A DNA stretch of 64,000 nucleotides, taken from Candidatus Eiseniibacteriota bacterium. Lineage in GTDB: Bacteria; Eisenbacteria; RBG-16-71-46. Every line of letters starts with the position of its first letter. Within the stretch, counting starts at the first letter, position 1. The DNA lies in NCBI GenBank assembly GCA_963707915.1, contig OY970178.1:3168001-3232000 (forward strand), given 5' to 3'. Both the position numbers and the translations under genes were made by a program. Positions 18,403 to 27,161 of this stretch are shown here, piece by piece. Below the pieces are notes generated by a model. It made no database searches. It worked only from the letters and a program-made list of their open reading frames with translations, and was not told where the DNA came from.

Positions 18403-19710
18403 ATGAGCGCGACCATCTCCACGGGGACCGCGACGAAGGCGCTGTGCGAGGCGCGCGGGGTCGGGCACGTGTTCCGCCAGGCCGGCGGGCGCGACCTGCG
18501 CGTGCTCGAGGGCATCGACCTCGAGATCCGGCCCGGCGAGATCGTCGCCCTGCTCGGGCCCTCGGGTTGCGGCAAGTCCACGCTGATGCGGATCCTCGCC
18601 GGGCTGATCCGGGCCACGGAGGGCGAGGTGCTGGCGGGCGGCGTGCCGCTGGCGGGGCTCCACCCCGGCGTGGCGGTGGTGTTCCAGAGCGCGGCGCTCT
18701 ACCCGTGGATGACGGTCACCGGGAACATCCGCGCGGTGCTGGAGACGCGCGGCCTGCCGGCGGACGAGATCGCCCGCCGCGTCGCCGCCGCGGTCGCCAC
18801 CGTCGGCCTCGCCGGCTTCGAGGATTCCTACCCGCGCCAGCTCTCGGGCGGCATGAAGCAGCGCGCCGGCATCGCGCGCGCCCTCTCGGTCGAGCCCGCC
18901 CTGCTCTTCATGGACGAGCCCTTCAGCGCGGTGGACGCGCTCACCGCCGAGAGCCTGCGCGCCGAGGTGGTGGACATCTGGCTCTCGCACCGCACGCCGC
19001 TGTCCTCGATCCTGATGGTCAGCCACGACATCAAGGAGGTCGTCTACATGGCGGACCGGGTGGTGGTGCTGAGCGCGAACCCGGGCCGCATCCACACCGT
19101 GATCGAGAACCGCCTGGCCCGGCCGCGGGACTACCGTTCCCCCGAGCTGTTGCGCCTGGTGGACGAACTGCACGACGTCATCACCGGCCGCGAGCTGCCC
19201 GACGCGGGCGTCCCGCCGCCGGGCGCCGAGCCGATCGAGCCGCTGCCCGACGCCTCGGCCAGCGAGATCAAGGGCCTGCTCGAGTACCTCGACGCGCGCG
19301 GCGGGCGCGAGGACGTGTTCCGCATCTCCGCCGAGACCAACCGCGAGTTCGGCCGGGTCATCACCGTGGTCAAGGCGGCGGAGATGCTCGACTTCGTGGA
19401 CACGCCGAGGCGGACGGTGGTCCTCGAGGCGGAGGGCCGGCGCTTCGTCGCCGCCCCGCCGGCGGAGCGCACCGCGATCTGGCACGAGCGGCTGCTCACG
19501 CTTCGGCTGTTCCGGCAGCTGGTCGCGGCGCTGGAGCGCGAACCACGGCGGCGGGTCGAGCGCGACGCGGTGCTCGAGATCCTGGCCATCGCGATGCCCC
19601 AGGAGGACCTCGAGCGCGTCTTCGCCACGCTGGTCCGCTGGGCCCAGGCCGGCGACCTGTTCGACTACGACGAGCACTCCGGGGAGTTGGTGATGGAGCG
19701 GCCGGGCTGA
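18403..19710 (+). CDS. ABC transporter ATP-binding protein (NitT/TauT) with C-terminal AAA-associated domain
   Basis: GPSGCGKST, LSGGMKQR, LFMDEPFSAVD, VSHD; C-terminal extension. Confidence 0.92.
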   Translation: MSATISTGTATKALCEARGVGHVFRQAGGRDLRVLEGIDLEIRPGEIVALLGPSGCGKSTLMRILAGLIRATEGEVLAGGVPLAGLHPGVAVVFQSAALYPWMTVTGNIRAVLETRGLPADEIARRVAAAVATVGLAGFEDSYPRQLSGGMKQRAGIARALSVEPALLFMDEPFSAVDALTAESLRAEVVDIWLSHRTPLSSILMVSHDIKEVVYMADRVVVLSANPGRIHTVIENRLARPRDYRSPELLRLVDELHDVITGRELPDAGVPPPGAEPIEPLPDASASEIKGLLEYLDARGGREDVFRISAETNREFGRVITVVKAAEMLDFVDTPRRTVVLEAEGRRFVAAPPAERTAIWHERLLTLRLFRQLVAALEREPRRRVERDAVLEILAIAMPQEDLERVFATLVRWAQAGDLFDYDEHSGELVMERPG

Positions 19711-19794
19711 GGCCGGCGGGCGGGCGGCTCATCCCGGGCCCTCGGCCGGCCGATAACCCCTCCGGGGCCGGGAAGGGGCGCGAAATCGCCAGGA

Positions 19795-19823
19795 TTGACG
19801 GTCCCGGACCCCCATGCTACGGT
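19795..19823 (+). promoter_or_regulatory. sigma70 promoter TTGACG-N17-TACGGT with extended TG
   Basis: Near-consensus -35, correct spacing, TGn before -10; upstream of phoH. Confidence 0.6.
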
Positions 19824-20074
19824 CGATTCGTCGCCCGGAGAGGACCTCCGGGCCGCCGGGTTGGCAGCTCGTCGCGCGGGTGCGTCAACTCAATGGACCA
19901 TAACAGGTTGACTACGACCGACCTTGTCCGACAGGCAGCCGGCCTCACGCTTGCCCCGCCCCGTCATCGGGCCTCAAGGGTCGGGAACCTCGTGTCCTTC
20001 CCGGCCCAAAGGATGATGGCCGCGCCACTCCTGAACGCCCCGCGCCCCGCACCGGCGCGCCGGAGGCTCCCAAC

Positions 20075-21157
20075 GTGATCGTCCGCAAGTTCCCCATCGA
20101 GCACCTCGACGCCATCACCCTGCTGGGGCAGAACGACGCCAACATCCGGCACATCGAGCGCGTCCTGCCGGTGCGCCTCACGCTGCGCGACGGCACGATC
20201 ACGGTGGCGGGCGAGGAGGCGCCGGTGACGGCGGCCGCCGCCGCGCTGCAACAGCTGGTGAACCTGGCCGAGCGCGGCAAGGTGGTCGAGGAGGCGGACG
20301 TCGCCACGGCGCTCGGGGCCGGGGGCAGGGACGGCAGGAACGCCCGGCTCGCCGAGGCCTACGAGGGCGCGCCGGGCTACGCGTTCGACCGGCGCGCGGT
20401 GCGCCCGCGCACGCCCACGCAGGCCGAGTACATGAAGGCGCTCGAGGAGTTCGACGTCGTCTTCGGCATCGGTCCCGCCGGCACCGGCAAGACCTACCTG
20501 GCGGTGGCGGCGGCGGTGAACGCCCTGCGTCGCAAGAGCGTGGACCGCATCGTGCTGGTCCGCCCGGCGGTCGAGGCGGGGGAGAACCTCGGCTTCCTCC
20601 CGGGCGACATGCAGGAGAAGGTGGATCCCTACCTGCGCCCGATGTACGACGCGCTCTCGGACATGATGTCCTACGACAAGATGCGCCGCTACATCGAGAT
20701 GGGCGTGATCGAGATCGCGCCGCTGGCGTTCATGCGCGGCCGCACGCTGCACAATTCGCTGGTCATCCTGGACGAGGCGCAGAACACCACGCTGCGGCAG
20801 ATGAAGATGTTCCTGACGCGCCTGGGCGTGAACTCGAAGGCGGTGGTGACCGGCGATGTCACCCAGATCGACCTGCAGAGCCCGGAGTCCTCGGGGCTGG
20901 TGCGCATCCAGACCATCCTCGGCGGCATCCCGGGGATGAAGTTCGTCTACTTCCACCCGGAGGACGTGGTGCGCCACCGGCTGGTGCGCGACATCCTGCA
21001 GGCGTTCGAGTCGTACCACGCCCGCGTGGACGGCAAGGAGGAGGACGGCGTGGGCGAGAGCCTCGAGTCCGGAGCGCAGCCCGAAGCTCCCGCCGGCCCG
21101 CCGCCGGCGTCCGCGGCCACCGACCCTGCCGCGTCCGGACGCGGCTCCGCGCACTGA
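20075..21157 (+). CDS. phoH: PhoH family ATPase
   Basis: GPAGTGKTYLA, RPAVEAGENLGFLPGD, APLAFMRGRT, LDEAQN, GDVTQIDL. Confidence 0.95.
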   Translation: MIVRKFPIEHLDAITLLGQNDANIRHIERVLPVRLTLRDGTITVAGEEAPVTAAAAALQQLVNLAERGKVVEEADVATALGAGGRDGRNARLAEAYEGAPGYAFDRRAVRPRTPTQAEYMKALEEFDVVFGIGPAGTGKTYLAVAAAVNALRRKSVDRIVLVRPAVEAGENLGFLPGDMQEKVDPYLRPMYDALSDMMSYDKMRRYIEMGVIEIAPLAFMRGRTLHNSLVILDEAQNTTLRQMKMFLTRLGVNSKAVVTGDVTQIDLQSPESSGLVRIQTILGGIPGMKFVYFHPEDVVRHRLVRDILQAFESYHARVDGKEEDGVGESLESGAQPEAPAGPPPASAATDPAASGRGSAH

Positions 21158-21179
21158 GCCCCGACCGGCTGCCGGCTCG

Positions 21180-23378
21180 ATGACCCTCCAGGAACAGCCC
21201 GCCCTTCCCGACCGGGCCCGCCGCGTCCGGTGGGGCTACTTCGGCGTGCGCCTGCTGCTCGTCCTGCTGCTGCTCGCGCTCGCCGCGCTGCTGCCCGGCC
21301 TGCGGGGCGGAGGCGAGCGCTTCCACTACCGCGAGGGCGACATCATGCGCGAGCGCGTGGTGGCGCCCTACGACTTCCGGGTCGAGAAGGACGAGGCCAC
21401 GCTGCGCCACGAACAGGCCCAGGCCGCGGCCGCCGTGCCTCCCGTGTTCGTGGTGGACACGCGGGTCTCGGCCGAGATGCTGGCGCGCCTGGCCACCTTC
21501 CAGGAGAAGGTGTTCGGCGTGGTGCTCTCGCCCGGGGTCAAGCCCGCCGACCGCGCGCGGCGCGTGCGCGCGCTGGGGGTGACGCTGAGCGAGGAGAGCG
21601 CGATCGCGCTGTCGGCCCCGGGGCGCGCGCGTCGGGCGCTGCGCGAACTGGGCGGCTGGCTCAACGACCTCTACGGCTCCGGCGTGGTGGCGGAGAAGCG
21701 CAACGGCACGGTCCAGGGCGACCGCTCGATCAACCTGCGGGACGGCGAGTCGGAGGCGCCGCGCTCGGTGAGCCTGCTGTACGACCGGCGCGAGGCGCTG
21801 GCGCTCATCGCCCGTCGCGCCGCGAGCGCGTTCCCGGACGACGCGCCCGGGGTGCGGCTGGTGGCCGAGCTGGCGGGCTCGTTCCTGCAGCCCAACATCG
21901 TCCCCGACCGGGCCGAGACCGAGTGGCGCCGCGTGCAGGCGCAGGGGGCGGTCCCGGCGCTGCTGGGTTTCGTCAAGAAGGACGAGCTCATCGTGGACGC
22001 CAACGAGAAGATCACGCGGGAGACGCTCAACCGGCTGCGCTCGCTGGAGAATCTCGAGGCCGCGCAGCGGGAGCCGCGCGAGCTGTTCTATCCGCCGCTG
22101 GCGCGCGCGCTGCTGCTGCTGCTCTTCATGGCCGCCTTCGTGACCTACCTGCGCATGGAGCTGCCGGCGGTCTACCGCGACAACGCCATGCTCGCGCTGT
22201 TCGCGCTGCTGACGGCGATCGTCATGGCCGCGGCCGAATCGCTGGTGGGCCGCTACGGCCTCCCGGTGCTGATCGTCCCGCTGGCGGCGGCGCCGCTGGT
22301 GACCGCCTCGGTGCTCGAGAAGCGCCCGGCGGTGGTGTTCACCCTGATGCTCGCGGTGGCGGTGACCGCGGTGAGCGAGCTCAAGGCGCCGTTCGTGGCG
22401 ATGGCCGTGATGGGCGGCGTGACCGCGGTCTACTCGGTGGCGCGGCTGCGCCACCGCTGGCACTTCGCCGTGGCCGCCTTCTCCATCGCCTTCGCCAACC
22501 TGTTCGCCATCCTGACGTGGGACCTGGGGCAGCAGGCCAAGCCCGAGATGCTGGCGCAGGACGCGGCCTGGGGCGTGGGCGGAGCGTTCCTCTCGGTGGC
22601 GCTGGCCTACCTGCTGCTGCCCGTCGCGGAGCACCTGTTCGGCCTGACCTCGGACATCACGCTGCTCGAACTGTCGGACCTGAACCGGCCGCTGCTGAAG
22701 CGGCTGCAACTCGAGGCGCCGGGGACCTACCACCACAGCATGGTGGTGGGCAGCCTGGCGGAGCGCGCGGCCGAGGCGATCGGCGCCAACTCGCTGCTGG
22801 CGCGGGTCTCGGCCTACTACCACGACATCGGCAAGCTGGCGAAGCCCGAGTACTTCAACGAGAACATCCTGCCCCACGTGCGCAACCCGCACGAGAAGCT
22901 CTCGCCTAACATGAGCATGCTGGTGGTGAAGTCGCACCTCAACGAGGGGACGGACATGGCGCGCCGCGAGCACCTGCCGCGCGCGGTCCGCGCTGCCATC
23001 CCCGAGCACCACGGCACCATGACGATGGCGTTCTTCTACGCCAAGGCGCTCGAGCTGGATCCCGGGGCGCGGCGCGAGGACTTCTCCTACCCCGGCCCGC
23101 GTCCGCGATCGCGCGAGACCGCCATCCTGATGCTCGCCGACGGCATCGAGGGCGCCTCGCGCGCGCTCTCGGAGCCGACCCCGAGCCGCATCCGCGGCCT
23201 GGTGACGCGCAACATCGAGGAGCGCGTGCACCAGGGGCAGCTCGACGAGTGCGGGCTGACGCTGCAGGAGCTGGCGAGGATCCGCGAGGCCTTCATCCCG
23301 GTGCTGATCGCCACCTTCCACGTGCGGGTCAAGTACCCCGAGATCCCGCGGCCGGCCGATGCCCGTCTCCGTCGCTAG
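21180..23378 (+). CDS. 7TM-HD (HDIG) membrane phosphohydrolase, PgpH-like
   Basis: Extracytoplasmic domain + 7 TM; APGTYHHS, YYHDIGK, NPHEKL, EHHGT, YPGPRP, MLAD. phoH-HD-ybeY synteny. Confidence 0.9.
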   Translation: MTLQEQPALPDRARRVRWGYFGVRLLLVLLLLALAALLPGLRGGGERFHYREGDIMRERVVAPYDFRVEKDEATLRHEQAQAAAAVPPVFVVDTRVSAEMLARLATFQEKVFGVVLSPGVKPADRARRVRALGVTLSEESAIALSAPGRARRALRELGGWLNDLYGSGVVAEKRNGTVQGDRSINLRDGESEAPRSVSLLYDRREALALIARRAASAFPDDAPGVRLVAELAGSFLQPNIVPDRAETEWRRVQAQGAVPALLGFVKKDELIVDANEKITRETLNRLRSLENLEAAQREPRELFYPPLARALLLLLFMAAFVTYLRMELPAVYRDNAMLALFALLTAIVMAAAESLVGRYGLPVLIVPLAAAPLVTASVLEKRPAVVFTLMLAVAVTAVSELKAPFVAMAVMGGVTAVYSVARLRHRWHFAVAAFSIAFANLFAILTWDLGQQAKPEMLAQDAAWGVGGAFLSVALAYLLLPVAEHLFGLTSDITLLELSDLNRPLLKRLQLEAPGTYHHSMVVGSLAERAAEAIGANSLLARVSAYYHDIGKLAKPEYFNENILPHVRNPHEKLSPNMSMLVVKSHLNEGTDMARREHLPRAVRAAIPEHHGTMTMAFFYAKALELDPGARREDFSYPGPRPRSRETAILMLADGIEGASRALSEPTPSRIRGLVTRNIEERVHQGQLDECGLTLQELARIREAFIPVLIATFHVRVKYPEIPRPADARLRR

Positions 23379-23844
23379 CCCGGACCCGACTTCGTCGGGT
23401 GCCCGGCTCACGGGCGCGGCGGCGCCGCTGCGCACCGCCGTGCTGGCGGCGCTGGCGCTCGAGGGCCGGCGCGCCGGCGAGGTCGCGGTGGTGCTGGCCG
23501 ACGACGCGAAGCTGCGCGAGCTGAACCGGGAGTAGCGCGGCCTCGACCGTGCCACCGACGTGCTCTCCTTCGGCTACGACGAGGGCGGCGACGACGAGGT
23601 GGACGGCGACATCGTGGTCTCGCTCGCCCGGGTGCGCGCCCAGGCCGGGCGCTTCCGCGTGACCCCGGGCCGGGAGCTGGCGCGCGTGGTGGTGCACGGG
23701 GCGCTGCACCTGGCGGGGCTCGACCACCAGGGCGCCGCGGAGCGCCGCCGCATGCGCGCCCGCGAGGACCGCGTGCTGCGCTCGCTGCGCGAGGCGGTCG
23801 CGGATCTGGACGAGGCGCTGAAGCGGAGCCGGGCCGGGCGCTGA
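23359..23844 (+). pseudogene. ybeY: rRNA maturation RNase YbeY with in-frame TAG at 23533-23535
   Basis: Single frame: ...LRELNRE*RGLDRATDVLSF...GDIVVS...VHGALHLAGLDH. The stop sits at the conserved aromatic position of LNxxYRG. Confidence 0.88.
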
Positions 23845-23894
23845 GATCCCCGGCGGGTCCGCGGGGCGACCGCCCCGCCGGGAAGCACGGTCGC

Positions 23895-25277
23895 TCACGC
23901 CGCCGGGCGCGTGACCGTCGTGCGGGGCCTCCCGAAGCACTTCAGCGCGTGGCGCAGGCGCTCCTCGAGCGGGGCATCGGGCATGGCCTCGCAGCACTCC
24001 GCCGCCCGGCGCGCCTCGTCCGCGCGCATCCCGAGGGTGCGCAGCCAGGGCACGACCTCCGCCGCCGCTGCGGCACGGACGCGGGCTTCCTCGGCTGCCG
24101 CCGCCGCGCGTGCGCGCGCCTCCTCGGCCGCCGCGGCACGGACGCGAGTCTCTTCGGCAGCAGCGGCTGCGGCGCGACGATGCGCTGGTTCCGCCGCGTG
24201 CTGCGCCGCCTCGCGCTTGTGGCTCATGAAGCCCGCCCCGAACGCGCACTCGGCCGCGTACTGGTTGTGGGCCCGGCAGCGCAGCCGCATCCCGTTCACC
24301 GTCGCGCGGCCGCCGCGCGCCACCGGCTCGACATGGTCGAACTCGAGCCGATGACGCGCCTCACAGCGGTGACCGGCGGCGCTCACGAACGTGCACTGCC
24401 CGCCGTCGCGCCGCCACACCTCGCGCCGTACGTCGGCCGGGACGTGGCGCGGGTTCCGGGAGATGCGTCGTGCTGACCGCGGCCGCGGCCGGTCGGTGGC
24501 GGCGCACTTGCGTCGCTCGAGTTGGCGGATGAGAGCGTCGAGGGCGCGGTCGAGCACCTGCGCGATCTCCCCGGAGGGGACGGCGTGGCCGAGCATCGCT
24601 TGGGCGTGGCGCAGCTTCTCGTGGGTGGCGCCGGAGATGGTCAACTGGAGCGAGTAGCGTCCGGGCGCGGTGGGTGCGAGGCGGGCGGGCGGCGCAGCCT
24701 CGACCCGCGCAGGTTGCGTGACGCTTAACTTTACTCGCTCCAGAGCGAGTGATTTCAAGTCAAACTGAACATCGCCATCCGTGGGAGGCGTCACGTCGGA
24801 GTCCGTGCCGTTGGAACCCATCGCGGCAGGTCCTTCCACGGGCAGCCCGGTCACCAGCGGGAGCAGGTCGGTGCGGGGGAAGCGGTGCGCCAGCCACTCG
24901 TCGATCTCGGTCCTGGTTCTGCCGGCCACGGCGGCGAGCAACTCGCCGGCGTTGGCCTCCGACAGATACGGGGCGAGCAGGATCACGGCGGTGAGGTTGA
25001 GGCGGCCGTCGGCCAGCCGATCGAAGACGGCAGGGAAGCGGCGGGCGACGCGGGCGGCCTGGATGCGGCGATAGGCCGCGTCGGCGGCGAGGCCCAACTC
25101 CGCGACGCACCAGGTGAACATCGAGGGGTAGCCGGCATCGGCGTACAGCCGGCGGGCATCCACCTCGGCAAGGTGGGCGACGAGCATGGCGGTGGTGGTG
25201 CGGTCCTGGGCGACCAGTGAGCGCAGGCCCCGGAGCAGGTCGGGATCGGCGAGGTGGAAGAGCGAGAAGCGGTTCAC
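23895..25277 (-). CDS. DUF222-like N-terminal domain / HNH endonuclease with short helical C-terminal domain
   Basis: HLAEVDARRLY..AGYPSMF..C N-terminus; VRREVWRRDGGQCTF...C....LEFDH..P.ARGG..T..GMRLRCRAHN HNH motif; AAAAEE repeats before the C-terminus. Confidence 0.82.
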   Translation of the reverse strand: MNRFSLFHLADPDLLRGLRSLVAQDRTTTAMLVAHLAEVDARRLYADAGYPSMFTWCVAELGLAADAAYRRIQAARVARRFPAVFDRLADGRLNLTAVILLAPYLSEANAGELLAAVAGRTRTEIDEWLAHRFPRTDLLPLVTGLPVEGPAAMGSNGTDSDVTPPTDGDVQFDLKSLALERVKLSVTQPARVEAAPPARLAPTAPGRYSLQLTISGATHEKLRHAQAMLGHAVPSGEIAQVLDRALDALIRQLERRKCAATDRPRPRSARRISRNPRHVPADVRREVWRRDGGQCTFVSAAGHRCEARHRLEFDHVEPVARGGRATVNGMRLRCRAHNQYAAECAFGAGFMSHKREAAQHAAEPAHRRAAAAAAEETRVRAAAAEEARARAAAAAEEARVRAAAAAEVVPWLRTLGMRADEARRAAECCEAMPDAPLEERLRHALKCFGRPRTTVTRPAA

Positions 25278-25510
25278 GGCAGCAGCTCCGCGGGAGCGGG
25301 TGGTGCGGGGGCGCTGTCTTCATAACACACGCGATTCCGGCGCACGCAGGTCGCGGCAGGATGCGAAACGCGGGCGCGCGCAGCGCGTTTTGAAGCGTTG
25401 GTGCAGAAGCGCCGCGTGCGCTCATCCTCCGCAGCGTGGTCGTGCGCCGGCGCGTGACCGTCGGGCTCGCGTCGGGCACTCCCGGAAAGCTGTCAAGCGA
25501 ATTCGGTGGT

Positions 25511-26883
25511 TGGTTCAGACCGGGCACACTGGTAACAGATCAGACCGGGGACATGGGTTACAGCCCGCGGGCATCATGGGTGGTTCGAGGAGGACCACAC
25601 GATGCCCTGGGCGAGGACCGACTGGATGTCTGAACGAGTGAAGTTCATTGCCGCCTACCTGCAGGCGGAGGCCAGCTTCTCCGACTTGTGCCACGACTTC
25701 GGGGTCAGCCGGAAGACGGGGTACAAGTGGGTCCGTCGTTATGAGGCCGACGGGGTCGCGGCCCTCGAGGAGATCTCACGCGCGCCGCACTCTCATCCCA
25801 ACGCCGTCGCCGCCGACCTCGTGCAGGCGATCGTCGCGATCCGACGTCGCCATCCGCGTTGGGGACCACGCAAGGTGCGGGTGGTGCTGAAGCGGGAACG
25901 GCCGCCGGTCGCGCTCCCGGCGGCCAGCACGATCGGCGACATCCTGAGGCGCAGCGGACTGGTTCGCCCGCGCCGGCGAGTCCGGCGCAGCTCACCGTAC
26001 GGGGACCGGCTGCGGCAGTACGACGCACCCAACGCCGTCTGGTGTGCCGACTTCAAGGGCCACTTCCCGCTGGGTCGCCGGGGTGAACGCTGTCATCCGC
26101 TGACCATCAGCGATGGATACAGTCGCCTGCTCCTTCGCTGCCGCGCCCTGCGTCGTCCGCTCACTCAGCATGTCCGGCGCGTCTTCGAGTCCGCTTTCAC
26201 CGAATACGGCTTGCCGAGGGCGATCCGCACCGATAACGGGCCGCCGTTCTCGACGCTCGCCCCGGGCGGACTGTCGCGTCTCTCGGTCTGGTGGATCCGA
26301 CTCGGGATCCGTCCCGAACGCATCATGCCAGGTCGTCCCGAACAGAACGGGCGCCACGAGCGCATGCATCGCACCTTGAAAGCCGAGACCGCCAGACCGC
26401 CGCGCTCGAGCTTCAGCGCCCAGCAACGCGCGTTCGATCGCTTCCAGACGGAGTACAACCAGGAGCGGCCGCACGAGGCGCTCGGCCAGGAGGTGCCGGC
26501 CGCGCTTTACCGCCCATCGCTTCGCTCGTACCCGCGCGAGCTCCCCGAACCAGAGTACCCGCGACACTTCGAGACCCGGGTGGCCTATCCCAACGGCGTG
26601 ATCACCTTCGGCACCACGCAGTGGTACGTGAGCAACTGCCTCGTCGGCGAACGGGTCGGACTCGAGCCCTGCGACGATGGCCGGTGGCGTGTCCACTTCG
26701 GCTGGGTGCCGATCGGACTGCTAGATCTCAAGCAGGCCACCGACCGCGGACCCCGCCACTTTGGGCGGCTCGAACCCATCGTTGATCCTGCCTTGAGCAG
26801 ACGTCGTCGCCGCCGTTATGGAAGCTAGAATGTGTTACCCATGTGCCCGGTCTGTCCTGTCACCCATGTCCCCGGTTGCTTCA
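25511..26883 (+). mobile_element. IS481-family insertion sequence
   Basis: Single transposase ORF. Ends built from tandem CCGGG(G/C)ACA..GGTNACA units in inverted orientation (left 25511-25562, right 26833-26883). Lower GC than flanks. Exact left boundary uncertain by 1-2 nt. Confidence 0.88.
25602..26828 (+). CDS. IS481-family DDE transposase (HTH + rve integrase core)
   Basis: MPW start; GVSRKTGYKW HTH; WCADFKG, TDNG, PEQNGRHERMHRTLK, YNQERPHEAL. Confidence 0.93.
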   Translation: MPWARTDWMSERVKFIAAYLQAEASFSDLCHDFGVSRKTGYKWVRRYEADGVAALEEISRAPHSHPNAVAADLVQAIVAIRRRHPRWGPRKVRVVLKRERPPVALPAASTIGDILRRSGLVRPRRRVRRSSPYGDRLRQYDAPNAVWCADFKGHFPLGRRGERCHPLTISDGYSRLLLRCRALRRPLTQHVRRVFESAFTEYGLPRAIRTDNGPPFSTLAPGGLSRLSVWWIRLGIRPERIMPGRPEQNGRHERMHRTLKAETARPPRSSFSAQQRAFDRFQTEYNQERPHEALGQEVPAALYRPSLRSYPRELPEPEYPRHFETRVAYPNGVITFGTTQWYVSNCLVGERVGLEPCDDGRWRVHFGWVPIGLLDLKQATDRGPRHFGRLEPIVDPALSRRRRRRYGS

Positions 26884-26924
26884 GTTCAGACCGGGCACAC
26901 TGGTAACAGATCAGACCGGGGACA
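26884..26924 (+). repeat. Exact 41-bp direct copy of the IS left end (25513-25553)
   Basis: GTTCAGACCGGGCACACTGGTAACAGATCAGACCGGGGACA occurs at both positions. Confidence 0.95.
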
Positions 26925-27161
26925 CGGTGGCGGTTCGAGCAGGCATCGGCGACCGAGGAGACTGGCGCGATGCCCGGGCGAGAGCGGTCGAGGTCCGGCG
27001 CGCCTGCGAGCGATGGGTTCCGCAGCGCGAGTGCCGCACGCGTCAGGGAGCGACGGCCTGCGCGCGGGGCGCATGCAAGGGGCGAGGGCGCACGCCAGAG
27101 CCCGCGGTCGGGCCCGTTCCCCGGTTTGACCGCGGCGGGTCCATCGTGGACTCTTCGCCCC

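Noticed and set aside
23533..23535. Genome-wide TAG reassignment or pyrrolysine
   Set aside because: TAG terminates many conserved genes at their expected ends in this window, and no pyl genes are seen.
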